Shown piece after piece: positions 36,314-47,545 of a stretch of DNA of 64,000 bases. This DNA comes from Gaiellaceae bacterium. Lineage in GTDB: Bacteria > Actinomycetota > Thermoleophilia > Gaiellales > Gaiellaceae. Where the stretch lies: the NCBI GenBank assembly GCA_036001625.1, contig DASYUD010000006.1, positions 4,841-68,840 of the forward strand, read 5' to 3'. The number at the start of each line of letters is the position of its first letter. Positions within the stretch are counted from its first letter, which is position 1. The notes below the pieces were generated by a model. It ran no database searches. It saw nothing but the letters and a program-made list of their open reading frames with translations, and was not told where the DNA came from. Made by a program: the position numbers and the translations under genes.

Positions 36314-37187
36314 GAACGTCCGAACGGTTCGACGCGACGAAGCGACGCGGCCGCTTCGGCGTCTGCGCGTTGCAGGTGAGGAGGGTCAGGTCGCCGAGCT
36401 CGCGTTCGATGGAACGAGCGTGCATCGCGCTGGCCGCCGTGAAGGACACGCGCCAGGCGCCGTTCCGCCGCTCGACCGCTTCGAGCGCGAGGTCGCCGAT
36501 TCCGGTCAGCCCGGTCTCCTCGCGGATGTCGCGCTCGGCCGCCTGCACCGGGAACGGGTAGCAGGACCGCCCCCGGTAGCGCTCGAGCTGGATCCGGCCG
36601 GCGAGGTGCTCGTCCAGGACCGAGACCGCCGCCTCCCGGCCCACCCGCCCGTAGTACAGCCCTTCCGGCAGGCAGACGAGATTTCCGGCGAACCGGTCGC
36701 CGCCGACATGCGTCGACTGCCAGACCCAGTCGGGATCGAGCTCGTCGCGGAGCGCCTCGTAGAGAGGCCGGCCGTGGCGCGCGCAGCAGGGGTCGTGCTT
36801 GCCGTGAGTGCAGACGAGGAAGAGGGGGTGACCGGCGGGCTCGCCGGCGCGAAGGTCCAGGCCACGGAGATCGTCGTACTCCTCGAACTCGAGCCGCGTC
36901 AGCCGCTCCTCGCCGGGCCGTGACGAGGCTGCGAATGCGAGGAGCTCGAGCCGCTGCCGCCGGTCAGGCCGACGGACGAAGAGGAGCCGGCCGTTCGGGA
37001 CGGCGGCGACCTGCCGGCGAAGTTCTCTCTTCACCTGGTCGGAGAGCCCGCAGCCGGGAAGCGCGTCGCGCGTCCAGAGGCCGCGATACTCGATGAGGAA
37101 CCAGTGGTCGATCCGGCTCGCCGTCGCGGCGAGCGGCTCGCCGTTGTCGCTCGAGAGCTCCGCGCAATAGGGCCCGCGCTCCGTCAA
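36300..37187 (-). CDS. sucrase/ferredoxin-like (thioredoxin-like [2Fe-2S]) family protein
   Basis: LFLVCTHGKHDPCCARHGRPLYEAL, WQSTHVGGDRFAGNLVCLPEGLYYGRV. TTG start overlaps the upstream TGA (TTGA). Confidence 0.75.
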   Translation of the reverse strand: MTERGPYCAELSSDNGEPLAATASRIDHWFLIEYRGLWTRDALPGCGLSDQVKRELRRQVAAVPNGRLLFVRRPDRRQRLELLAFAASSRPGEERLTRLEFEEYDDLRGLDLRAGEPAGHPLFLVCTHGKHDPCCARHGRPLYEALRDELDPDWVWQSTHVGGDRFAGNLVCLPEGLYYGRVGREAAVSVLDEHLAGRIQLERYRGRSCYPFPVQAAERDIREETGLTGIGDLALEAVERRNGAWRVSFTAASAMHARSIERELGDLTLLTCNAQTPKRPRRFVASNRSDVPSRS

Positions 37188-38950
37188 TCGGATTCCTGCG
37201 TGACGAGACAGATCACCTGGCCGGTCGAGACCGGCTGGCCCGCCTCGACCGAGAGCTCGGAGACGGTGCCGCCGCGCGCAGCGGTGATCTCGTTCTCCAT
37301 CTTCATCGCCTCGACGACGCACACGACCTGGCCCGGCTCGACCTCGTCGCCGTCGGCTACCTCGACCGCGAGCACTGTCCCCTGCATCGGGCTCACGATT
37401 GCGTCGCGGGCGGCGCCGCGATGCGCATGTCGGGCGTCGCGCTCCCGGCGGCGGCGCGCGAGCTCAGCGTGCGGCGGCTCCGGCGAGAGGACCTTGACCT
37501 CGAACCGGCGGCCGTCAACCTCCGCCACCACGACCCGCTCGCGCACCCTTCCGTCCGCCGCCGACACTATGCTTGTTGTCTCATGCGACAACTGATCCGC
37601 ACGCTCCGCGAGCTCCTCCGACTCGGTGATCCCGCGGCATGTCTCGCCCGCCACGAAACAGGGGTGTGCGAGCAGCGCCCGATGGAAGCCGATGAGAGTC
37701 GCCACGTCCTCGATCACGAACTCTTCGAGGGCGCGCAGCATCCGGCGGCGCGCGTGCTCGCGATCGATGCCGTGCACGCAGAGCTTGGCGATCAGCGGGT
37801 CGTACAGGCCGACCACCTCGCTTCCCGCGCGGACGCCCGAGTCCACTCGCACGCCCGGTCCTGCCGGCTCCCGGTAGCCCGTGATCCTCCCGGGAGCTGG
37901 CAGAAAGCCTTTCGACGGATCCTCCGCGTTGATGCGGCACTCGATTGCGTGCCCGTTTAGGCGGACGTCCTCCTGGCCCAGCCATAGCGGCTCACCGGCC
38001 GCGATCAGCACCTGCTCGCGCACGAGGTCGAGTCCTGTCACCAGCTCCGTGACGGTGTGCTCTACCTGGATGCGGGTATTCATCTCGAGGAAGAAGTACT
38101 CGCCCCGGGAGAGGAGACCCTCGATCGTGCCCGCAGAGCGGTAGCCGACGGCGCGAGCGGCCTCGACCGCGATCCGCCCGATCTCGGCTCGAAGCACGTC
38201 GTCGACGGCGGGCGAGGGCGTCTCCTCCACGATCTTCTGGTGGCGGCGCTGGATCGTGCAGTCCCGCTCCCCGAGGTGGATGACGTTCCCGTGCTCGTCC
38301 ACGAGCACCTGCACCTCGACGTGGCGGGGGTCGTCGAGATAGCGCTCGACGTAGACGGTCGGATCCGAGAAGTATCCCTGCCCCTCGCGGCGAGCGCCCT
38401 CGAAGGCGCGCTCGACCTCTGCCGGCGAGCCGGCCACCCTGAGGCCCTTGCCGCCTCCTCCTGCCGAGGCCTTGATTGCGAGCGGCCAACCGAGCTCCTC
38501 GCCGAGCCGGCGTACGTCATCGGGGGACTCGACCGGTTCGGTCGACCCCGGGATGATCGGCAACCCGGCCGCGCGCATCGTCTCGCGCGCGGCGGTCTTC
38601 GAGCCCATGAGCTCGATTGCCTCCGGCGGCGGCCCAATCCAGACGAGGCCGGCCCTGGTACACGCGCGGGCGAAGTCGGCGTTCTCGGCGAGGAACCCGT
38701 AGCCCGGATGGACAGCCTCGGCGCCCGCAACCCGAGCGACCTCGAGGATCCGCTCCTGGTTGAGGTAGCTCTCGGCCGGCAGCCCCGGCCCGAGCAGGTA
38801 GGCCTCGTCCGCGAGCACGACGTGCAGCGACGCACGGTCCGCCTCGGAGTAAACGGCGACGGGCGAGATGCCGAGCTCGCGGAGCGTACGGAAGATCCGG
38901 ATCGCGATCTCGCCGCGGTTCGCAACGAGAACCTTGGAGAAGGGCGCCAT
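37184..38950 (-). CDS. acetyl/propionyl-CoA carboxylase alpha subunit (biotin carboxylase + BCCP)
   Basis: KVLVANRGEIAIRIFRT. ATP-grasp region. EAMKMENEI biotinylation motif. 588 aa. Confidence 0.95.
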   Translation of the reverse strand: MAPFSKVLVANRGEIAIRIFRTLRELGISPVAVYSEADRASLHVVLADEAYLLGPGLPAESYLNQERILEVARVAGAEAVHPGYGFLAENADFARACTRAGLVWIGPPPEAIELMGSKTAARETMRAAGLPIIPGSTEPVESPDDVRRLGEELGWPLAIKASAGGGGKGLRVAGSPAEVERAFEGARREGQGYFSDPTVYVERYLDDPRHVEVQVLVDEHGNVIHLGERDCTIQRRHQKIVEETPSPAVDDVLRAEIGRIAVEAARAVGYRSAGTIEGLLSRGEYFFLEMNTRIQVEHTVTELVTGLDLVREQVLIAAGEPLWLGQEDVRLNGHAIECRINAEDPSKGFLPAPGRITGYREPAGPGVRVDSGVRAGSEVVGLYDPLIAKLCVHGIDREHARRRMLRALEEFVIEDVATLIGFHRALLAHPCFVAGETCRGITESEELAERADQLSHETTSIVSAADGRVRERVVVAEVDGRRFEVKVLSPEPPHAELARRRRERDARHAHRGAARDAIVSPMQGTVLAVEVADGDEVEPGQVVCVVEAMKMENEITAARGGTVSELSVEAGQPVSTGQVICLVTQESD

Positions 38951-38972
38951 CTCCCGCGTATTCTCTCCAGCC

Positions 38973-39587
38973 GTGACGTTCGCCGATCAGCTGACAGTCG
39001 CGCGCGCGGCCGCGGTGCCCTTGGTCGTCGTCCTCTACGTCTGGAGCTTCAGCGGCCACGACTACTGGGCAACCTCCATCTTCGCCTTCGCGATGGCAAC
39101 CGACTGGTTCGACGGTCGCCTCGCCCGCCGGAGCGGGCGCACCTCGGCGCTCGGCTCGCTCCTCGATCCGGTCGCAGACAAGCTCCTCGTGCTGACGGTG
39201 CTCGTCGTGCTCGTCGGGCGCGGCGTCTTCGCGGGCTGGATGGTGGCCGCGATCGTGGCCCGCGAGCTTCTCATCTCGGGGCTGAGACTCGCGGCGCTCG
39301 AACGCGGAGTCGTGCTCCAGGCGCGCGGGCTCGGGCGCCTGAAGACCTGGACGCAGGCGGTGGCGGCCGGTCTCGGTGGTCTCGCGGCCGCCGGAGCCTG
39401 GGACGATTCGGTCGCGCGCTGGGGGCTCGCCGTCGCGCTCGCGCTGACCTGGATCTCAGGCCTCGACTACGTCCGGCTCGCCCCGCGGCTGCTTCGAGGC
39501 GATCCCGCGCCGGGAGCTGCCGGTAGCTCTTCGCGCGCCGACTCGACGTTTTCGAGCAGCCCGGCGAGTCGCCAGACGCTGTTGTAA
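38973..39587 (+). CDS. pgsA: CDP-alcohol phosphatidyltransferase (PgsA-like)
   Basis: DWFDGRLARRSGRTSALGSLLDPVADK motif. GTG at 38973. The last ~35 aa look like read-through. Confidence 0.8.
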   Translation: MTFADQLTVARAAAVPLVVVLYVWSFSGHDYWATSIFAFAMATDWFDGRLARRSGRTSALGSLLDPVADKLLVLTVLVVLVGRGVFAGWMVAAIVARELLISGLRLAALERGVVLQARGLGRLKTWTQAVAAGLGGLAAAGAWDDSVARWGLAVALALTWISGLDYVRLAPRLLRGDPAPGAAGSSSRADSTFSSSPASRQTLL

Positions 39588-39682
39588 GGACCGGCCGGCG
39601 GCATGGATGCGATTGCCGCAAGGAGGGCTTTGCGTTCCTGGGGGGTCGGCTCGGGGGTGATCTCGTGCTCCACGACCCACAA
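39467..39682 (-). CDS. small protein, possibly an acyl-CoA carboxylase epsilon-subunit-like protein (tentative)
   Basis: VVEHEITPEPTPQERKALLAAIASMPPAGPYNSVWRLAG resembles the AccE pattern (VVRGNPTPEELAAL...W). The 3' end overlaps the pgsA tail convergently by 121 nt. Confidence 0.35.
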   Translation of the reverse strand: MWVVEHEITPEPTPQERKALLAAIASMPPAGPYNSVWRLAGLLENVESAREELPAAPGAGSPRSSRGASRT

Positions 39683-39708
39683 TCTAAAGGCCGGGGTCGA
39701 AGCCGACG

Positions 39709-40749
39709 ATGAGAAGATCGATGAGCCGCCTGCGCCTGCTTGCCCTGCTCGCTTGCCTCTTCGCGGCCCTCTCAGCGCCTCCCGCGGCCCCGGGGGCGCG
39801 ATCGGCGCGGTCCTGGGCGCAGCCCCAGATCCGGCTCGTCGTCAGCCGTGGCCTCATGGCTCGCAGCGTCGCTGCCTTCCGCCCGAACGACGCGCTGACC
39901 CAGGCCGAGCTTCGCGATCTGGTCGCCGGCCTCACGGAGCAACCACCGCAAACGGTCAGCGACCCCACAGCACAGGTGACGATGGCGCAGCTCGACGCCC
40001 GGCTCGTCCGCGCGTTGGGGCTCGGGGATGAAGCCTCGAGTTTCAGGGAGGCCATCGCGACGGCAGGCCTGCGCCCGCCGTCGCGGCTCGGCACGGAGGT
40101 CGTCGCCCGCCTGCTCGGGCTGCGCACGAACCATCCGGCGGCGCAGGACGACCTCGAGCGGCTTCCTTCGGATCCGGCGCCGCGCTCCGAGGCCGCGTAC
40201 TCGGCCGCGCAGATTCTCCGCTTCTCCGGCTTCGAACTGCAAAGCGTCGAGGACGCGGCCGCCTCCTTCGAGGTCCCGCTCCTGACCCCCTGGCAGCGCC
40301 GCGTGCTCACGACCGCCGTGCGCTTTGTCGGCTTCCCCTATGTCTGGGGCGGCGAGAGCGAGCGGCCGGAATCGCCGTTCGGCATCCAGGCGAGCGGGGG
40401 GTTCGACTGCTCGGGCTTCGCCTGGCGGGTCTACAAGCTCCAGCCGTATGCGGGCGCGCCGCTGCTCGCAGGCGTCCTGCGCGGCCGGACCGCCGCCGCG
40501 ATGGCCGGCGAGGTTCCGCGCCGCCTCCGCATCAAGGCCGAGAGGCTTGCTCCGGCCGACCTCGTCTTCTTCGGCCATGGCGGGCCGCGCGCGAAGCCCG
40601 CCCAGATCGACCACATGGGCATCTATCTGGGAAACGGGTGGATCGTCCACTCCTCGCGCTACGGGGTCGCGCTAACGCCCCTCGGCGGCTGGTACGAGGA
40701 GCGACTCGCCTGGGGCCGCCGTCCACTTGCCGAAGCCGGTCTCCTCTAA
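39709..40749 (+). CDS. secreted NlpC/P60 peptidoglycan endopeptidase
   Basis: Signal MRRSMSRLRLLALLACLFAALSA. VGFPYVWGGES, GGFDCSGFAWRVY, DHMGIYLGNGWIVHS. Confidence 0.85.
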   Translation: MRRSMSRLRLLALLACLFAALSAPPAAPGARSARSWAQPQIRLVVSRGLMARSVAAFRPNDALTQAELRDLVAGLTEQPPQTVSDPTAQVTMAQLDARLVRALGLGDEASSFREAIATAGLRPPSRLGTEVVARLLGLRTNHPAAQDDLERLPSDPAPRSEAAYSAAQILRFSGFELQSVEDAAASFEVPLLTPWQRRVLTTAVRFVGFPYVWGGESERPESPFGIQASGGFDCSGFAWRVYKLQPYAGAPLLAGVLRGRTAAAMAGEVPRRLRIKAERLAPADLVFFGHGGPRAKPAQIDHMGIYLGNGWIVHSSRYGVALTPLGGWYEERLAWGRRPLAEAGLL

Positions 40750-40767
40750 GGCACCGGCTGCGGTGCC
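40750..40767 (+). terminator. hairpin immediately after the NlpC/P60 stop
   Basis: ggcaccg-gctg-cggtgcc. A second weaker hairpin and ATTTTTCC follow. Confidence 0.45.
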
Positions 40768-40904
40768 GCCCCGGCTACGCCCCTTTTGGCCGTAGGGAAC
40801 AGGATTTTTCCGATTTGCACGTTCACCCAAACGGGTGATGGCCGCCGCGCCGAGGCACGCGACAATCGCGCTGTTGCAGTCATCGATCCTTGGGAGGAAA
40901 TCAA

Positions 40905-41048
40905 GTGCTTGAGTGGAGAGTCCGTCTGATCTGCCTCATCGTCGTGCTTGCCCTCGTCGGCGTCGCTTTCGCGGCCGGCTTCTCGGACAGCGAATACTCG
41001 GATGAGCCCGGCGTATCGGATATCAGTCCGCTGAACTGGGAGTGGTAA
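40905..41048 (+). CDS. 47-aa single-TM microprotein
   Basis: GGGAGGA lies 7 nt before the GTG. VLEWRVRLICLIVVLALVGVAFAAGFSDSEYSDEPGVSDISPLNWEW* (own translation). Confidence 0.55.
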   Translation: MLEWRVRLICLIVVLALVGVAFAAGFSDSEYSDEPGVSDISPLNWEW

Positions 41049-41076
41049 ACCCGCTGAGCTAAAGGAGGGGTGTGGT

Positions 41077-42888
41077 GTGATGTCGCAGCGTCTAGCGCCG
41101 ATCGTCGCCATCGTGTGCCTGTTCGGGCTGGGCTCCGTGATCGTTGCCGCCTTCGCGTTCGCGACTGAGGGTCACAACGCTTCCATGCTGTTCGGCGTTG
41201 CGGCGCTCCTCGCCGCGTCGACCCTCGCGAGCCGCTACCCCGTCCCGATCGAGGGGCCGAATAGCGGCGGCGTCTCGCTCTCGTTCGTCTTCGCCGCCAG
41301 CGCGATCGTGCTCTTCGGCTGGGCCGCGGGCGTGCTCGTCGCCTTTGCTGCGCCCGTCCTCATCCAGCTGCTCGAGCACCGCCCGTCGATTCGTATCGCC
41401 TACAACGGCTCGGTCTTCGCCTCCGCCGCGGCCGTCGGAGGATTCTTCGTCAGCCAAATCAGCGGGGAAGGCACCGACGCTCTCATCGCCAAGGTCGCGA
41501 TCTCGGCATCGACGCAGTACGGCATCAACCTCGTCCTCATCTCGCTCGTGGTGGCAGCTACCTCGCGGCGCCCCTTCCTCGAGCTGATCCACGCCAGCCT
41601 GCGCTGGACGATCATCATCTTCGGGCTGATGGCGTCGGCGGCGCTCGTGCTCGTCGTCCTCTGGCAGCGGTCGCCGCTCCTCTCTGCCGCGCTCGTAGGA
41701 CCGCTGCTCGCGATCGCTCTCTACCAGCGCTCGACGTATCGCGCCCTGCGCGCGATGGGGCTCGCGCTCACCGATCCTCTGACCGGTCTCGGAAATCACC
41801 GTCACTTCCACGAGCGACTCGAGCGCGAGCTGGTCGAGGCCGAGCGGGGCGGGCGCGACTTCAGTCTCTGCCTCATCGACGTCGACGACTTCAAGCGCGT
41901 GAACGACCTCTTCGGACATCCCGCCGGCGACCGCGTGCTCTCGCGGCTCGCCACGAGCCTGCGCCAGAACGGCGAGGCGTTCCGGCTCGGCGGCGACGAG
42001 TTCGCGCTCCTGCTGCCCGACTACGACGAGAGCGGGGCGGTCGAGACCGCCGACGCGATCGTCGACCGCATCGGGCAGCTCCGGCTCGACCACGTCGGCT
42101 CGGTAACGGTGAGCGCCGGCATCGCGACCTTCCCGCGCCAGGCTCCCGACCGCGGCGAGCTCATTCGCCTCGCCGACAGCGCCCTCTACTGGGCAAAGGA
42201 GAACGGCAAGAACCGCGTCCACGTCTACCGTCCGGACGTCGTCGAGCTCGCCGAGCTCAGGCGGCTCGTGCACGGCGCCGATCGCGCAGCCCGCTTCCGG
42301 GCCGCCGCGAGCCTCGCGAAGGCGGTCGACCTCCGCGACACGTACACCGGCAGCCACTCCGCACGGGTCGCCGAGCTCGCCGCCAGGGTCGCCTGCCGGC
42401 TCGGGCTCGACCAGGAACAGATCGAGCTCTCCCGGCTCGCGGGCAGCCTGCACGACCTCGGCAAGCTCGCCATTCCCGAGGAGATCCTCCGCAAACCCGG
42501 CCCGCTGACCGGCCCGGAACGCCTCGTGCTCGAGCGCCACCCGCAGATCGGCTTCCGGATGCTCGACAGCCTCGGCATCGACCCGGTCGCGGACTGGATC
42601 CTCCACCACCACGAGCGCTGGGACGGGACCGGCTACCCGGATCGCCTGCCCGGGGCGGAGATCCCCCTCGGGGCGCGAATCATCTTCGTCGTCGACGCGT
42701 ACGACGCGATGACCTCCGACCGGGTCTACCGCGGCCGGCTGACCCCGGAGGCGGCGCTCTCCGAGCTCGATCGCTGCGCCGGCACGCAGTTCGACCCGGC
42801 CGTCGTCGAGGCCCTCGCCGAGGAGCTCGAGATGGAGACCGAGGACGAGCTGTCGACGGGGCGGCGGGTCGCGGCACTCGCCTCCTAG
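41077..42888 (+). CDS. polytopic membrane GGDEF + HD-GYP protein (c-di-GMP synthesis/hydrolysis)
   Basis: AAAGGAGGGG RBS. ~6 TM. RLGGDEFALLL. HD-GYP: HSARVAEL...GSLHDLGKLAIP...HHERWDGTGYP. Confidence 0.9.
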   Translation: MMSQRLAPIVAIVCLFGLGSVIVAAFAFATEGHNASMLFGVAALLAASTLASRYPVPIEGPNSGGVSLSFVFAASAIVLFGWAAGVLVAFAAPVLIQLLEHRPSIRIAYNGSVFASAAAVGGFFVSQISGEGTDALIAKVAISASTQYGINLVLISLVVAATSRRPFLELIHASLRWTIIIFGLMASAALVLVVLWQRSPLLSAALVGPLLAIALYQRSTYRALRAMGLALTDPLTGLGNHRHFHERLERELVEAERGGRDFSLCLIDVDDFKRVNDLFGHPAGDRVLSRLATSLRQNGEAFRLGGDEFALLLPDYDESGAVETADAIVDRIGQLRLDHVGSVTVSAGIATFPRQAPDRGELIRLADSALYWAKENGKNRVHVYRPDVVELAELRRLVHGADRAARFRAAASLAKAVDLRDTYTGSHSARVAELAARVACRLGLDQEQIELSRLAGSLHDLGKLAIPEEILRKPGPLTGPERLVLERHPQIGFRMLDSLGIDPVADWILHHHERWDGTGYPDRLPGAEIPLGARIIFVVDAYDAMTSDRVYRGRLTPEAALSELDRCAGTQFDPAVVEALAEELEMETEDELSTGRRVAALAS

Positions 42889-42998
42889 CCGCCTCCGCAG
42901 CCGACACACTTTCGGCACGGTGCGGTGACCCACTCGTGAGGATTTCCCCGCTACGATTGCATTGGGGAGGAGGTCGGGGGTGCCACTTTTAAGGAGCG

Positions 42999-44564
<1,566 letters not shown>

Positions 44565-44869
44565 GGCGTCGGAGCCTAGCGGCCGGGTGGATACCAGGTT
44601 GCATCCTCGAACCGGGCTGTGCGGCCGATCGGCCCGTCGCCGATCACGAAGTCGCCGGAATAACAGCCCTCGTGCACCGTCCGCGAAGGCGCGTAGTCGA
44701 GCGCTTTGACGCTGAAGGCTGCCGAGATTCCCGACCATGAGTGCATCTCAGGAAGACGAAACACGACGAGCCATGCGTCGCGGCCTTTGCTGTTCGTGCA
44801 CGAAGGGCGCTCCCATCACCGCGACCCCGCGACGCACGTGACGATCTGACAGGCGGGTAGAGTCGCCGC

Positions 44870-45820
44870 GTGCAGCTGGACCGCTCGACGACCTGGCCTT
44901 ACGTGCGCGGCGAGCCCGGCGAGTTCTACTACCAGCGCTACGCGCACCCGACCGGCGTGGCGGCAGAGCGCGCGCTCGGCGAGCTCGACGGCGGCGAGGC
45001 GCTGCTCTTCTCGTCCGGAGCCGGGGCGACGACCGCGGTCGTGCTCGCGCTCCTCAACCCCGGCGACACGATCGCCCTCGCCGAAGGGTGCTACTACGGC
45101 ACCGGCGTCCTCTTCCGCGAGCTCGAGCGGTGGGGCCTGCGGCACGTCGAGTTCGACCAGACCGGGCCGCCGCCGGACGGAGCGCAGCTCGTCTGGCTCG
45201 AAGCGCCCTCGAACCCGTTCCTGACCATGCCCGACTTCGAGGCCGCAGCTGCCCACCCCGCGCCCGTCCTGGTCGATGCGACCGCGGCCACCCCGATCCA
45301 CCTGCGACCGCTCGAGCGCGGCGCCGATCTCGTCTTGCACAGTGCGACGAAGTACCTCGGCGGCCACGCGGACGTGCTGCTCGGGGCGGTCGTCTGCCGG
45401 GACCCGCAGACCGCCGAGCGGCTGCGCGAGTTCCGAGGCCGCTCGGGGATCGTCGCCGCACCTGATGCGGCGTGGCTCCTGCTCCGCGGGCTGAAGACGC
45501 TCGGGCTGCGCGTCCGCCGCCAGACCGAGACCGCGGCCGAGCTCGCCCGCCGCCTTGAGGCGCACCCGAAAGTCGAGACTGTTCGTTACGCCGGCTTCGG
45601 CGGCCTGCTCTCGTTCGACGTCGCCGGCGACGCGCGAAGGGTCGAAACCTCGACACGGTTGATCACGAACGCGACGAGCCTCGGCGGAGTCGAGTCGCTG
45701 ATCGAGACCCGCCACCGCTGGGAGGGCGACCGGGTCCCGGAGAACCTGCTCCGCCTCAGCGTCGGCCTGGAGGACGTCGAGGAGCTCTGGGCCGACCTCG
45801 AGCAGGCGCTTTCGGGCTGA
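44870..45820 (+). CDS. Cys/Met-metabolism PLP-dependent enzyme (cystathionine gamma-synthase/beta-lyase family), compact form
   Basis: YQRYAHPTG, LHSATKYLGGHADVLLG (PLP lysine), SLGGVESLIE, LLRLSVGLEDVEEL. 316 aa. Confidence 0.8.
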   Translation: MQLDRSTTWPYVRGEPGEFYYQRYAHPTGVAAERALGELDGGEALLFSSGAGATTAVVLALLNPGDTIALAEGCYYGTGVLFRELERWGLRHVEFDQTGPPPDGAQLVWLEAPSNPFLTMPDFEAAAAHPAPVLVDATAATPIHLRPLERGADLVLHSATKYLGGHADVLLGAVVCRDPQTAERLREFRGRSGIVAAPDAAWLLLRGLKTLGLRVRRQTETAAELARRLEAHPKVETVRYAGFGGLLSFDVAGDARRVETSTRLITNATSLGGVESLIETRHRWEGDRVPENLLRLSVGLEDVEELWADLEQALSG

Positions 45821-47393
45821 GCTCGACCACTCTCGTCACGCCGATTCGCTCGAGGAAGCGCCGGTCGTGCGTGACGACGAGAAGTGTTCCGCTGTAGACG
45901 CTGAGAGCGCGCTCGAGCTCCTCGACCGCGGGCAGGTCGAGGTGGTTCGTAGGCTCGTCGAGGACGAGGCAGCCGGCTCCGCGGGCGGCCTGGACCGCGA
46001 GCTCTGCGCGTGTCCGCTCCCCCGGCGACAGGCCGCCGGCCCGCCGCAAGAGGTGCGCCGCATAGAGGTCGAACTTCGCGAGCAGTGTCCGCGCCTCACC
46101 CTCCCGCAGCCCCGTTTCCGAGCAGAAGCACTTGAGCAGCGGCTCGTCGGGGGGGAAGAGCGTGCGCGCCTGCCCGATCTCGCCGAAGACGACGGAGGGG
46201 CCGGCGCGGCGCCGGCCGGCGGCGAGCGGAAGCCGCCCGAGGAGCGCGTCGAGCAGCGTCGTCTTTCCGCTCCCGTTCGGGCCGGCGATCGAGATGCGCT
46301 CGCCCCAGCCAACATGCACGTCGATGGGGCCGAGACGGAAGGAGCCGCGGACGAGCACGGCACCCTCGAGCGAGACAACGAGATCGCCCGAACGGTCTCG
46401 CGGCGCGAGATCGAGCTGGAGCTCCCACGGCTGCCAGGGTTTCTCGATCCGGTCGCGGTCGAGCAGCTCGACCCGGCGGGCAGCGGCGCGCGTCTTCGAC
46501 ATCAGCGCGTGCGTACCGCGGCGGCTGGCCTGCTTCCCGCCCGCGCGCGCCTGGTCGCGGCGCTCGTGGTGGAGCCGGGCGAACCGCCCCCGCTCCTCCG
46601 TCCAGCGAGCGTAGGCCTGCTCGTGCTCGGCGCGCGCCTCGGCCCGCGCCGCTTCGTACTCGCTCCAGCCGCCGGGGTACACGTGCATGCGCTGCGTGCC
46701 CGACTCGAGCTCGACGATCCGGTTCACCGTCCGATCGAGCAGGGCTCGATCGTGCGAGACCAACACGACGCCGCCCTCGATGCCCAGCAGGAAGCGCTCG
46801 AGCAGCTCGAGCCCGGCGAAGTCGAGATCGTTCGTCGGCTCGTCGAGGAGGAAGACGTCGAAGCGTGCGAGCAGGATCGAGGCGAGCGCCGCTCGACCCT
46901 TCTCGCCACCGGAGAGCTCGCCGGCCGGCCGGTCGAGGGACGCGTCGAGAGCGACCTCGGCAAGGACGCCGCGGGCCCGGGCCGCGAAGTCGGCGCCGCC
47001 GAGCGCGAGAAAGCGTTCGAGCGCCTCGGCATGCGCTCCCGCCAGGGACGCCTCGTGCTCGAGGGCCGACTCGAGTCGACCGAGCTCTGCCTCGGCGTCC
47101 GCGATCCCGGTACGGCGGGCGAGATACGAGTGGAGCGTCTCATCGGCCGTGAGGTCGCGCTCCTGCGGCAGATAGCCGACGCGCAGCGTCGGCGGGTTCC
47201 GCGAAACGGTGCCGCGGTCGAGCGGCTCCAGCCCGGCGAGTGCCCGCAGCAGCGTCGTCTTGCCCCGCCCGTTCGGCCCGACGACCCCGATGCGGCTGCC
47301 GGGAGTCACCGTCAGCGAGACGCGCTCGAGGATCGCGTCGGCACCGCGATGGATCGTGACGTCGTTTGCGGCGAGCGTGCCGCCGGAATGCAT
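45756..47393 (-). CDS. ABC-F family ATPase (two ABC domains, no TM domain)
   Basis: GPNGRGKTT and GPNGSGKTT Walker A. LSGGEKGR and LSPGERTR signatures. GGAGG RBS. Confidence 0.9.
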   Translation of the reverse strand: MHSGGTLAANDVTIHRGADAILERVSLTVTPGSRIGVVGPNGRGKTTLLRALAGLEPLDRGTVSRNPPTLRVGYLPQERDLTADETLHSYLARRTGIADAEAELGRLESALEHEASLAGAHAEALERFLALGGADFAARARGVLAEVALDASLDRPAGELSGGEKGRAALASILLARFDVFLLDEPTNDLDFAGLELLERFLLGIEGGVVLVSHDRALLDRTVNRIVELESGTQRMHVYPGGWSEYEAARAEARAEHEQAYARWTEERGRFARLHHERRDQARAGGKQASRRGTHALMSKTRAAARRVELLDRDRIEKPWQPWELQLDLAPRDRSGDLVVSLEGAVLVRGSFRLGPIDVHVGWGERISIAGPNGSGKTTLLDALLGRLPLAAGRRRAGPSVVFGEIGQARTLFPPDEPLLKCFCSETGLREGEARTLLAKFDLYAAHLLRRAGGLSPGERTRAELAVQAARGAGCLVLDEPTNHLDLPAVEELERALSVYSGTLLVVTHDRRFLERIGVTRVVELSPKAPARGRPRAPRRPPGRR

Positions 47394-47545
47394 CTGAGGA
47401 CCTCCTGACCGATTGGCAGAGCTTGCGGCTCTGCGCGGGGATTGCCTGTGTCGGTCAGCGATCCGTCATGAGACGGCGCCAGGAGGCGCCAGTCGGAATC
47501 GTAGCTTCTCCAGGAGAGTGTGTCCCAGAAATCCCGCTGGCCCGC

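Noticed and set aside
40746-41111. 121-aa minus-strand ORF in the NlpC/P60 to GGDEF spacer
   Set aside because: It has no RBS and odd composition. The plus strand carries a 47-aa TM ORF with a strong SD that better explains the region.
44576-44830. 62-aa ORF 44576..44764(-), plus an upstream MGAPFVHEQQRPRRMARRVSSS* piece in another frame, as a frameshifted small gene
   Set aside because: The composition is protein-like, but I recognise no family. There is no RBS, and the two pieces may be coincidental. The support is too weak to call a feature.
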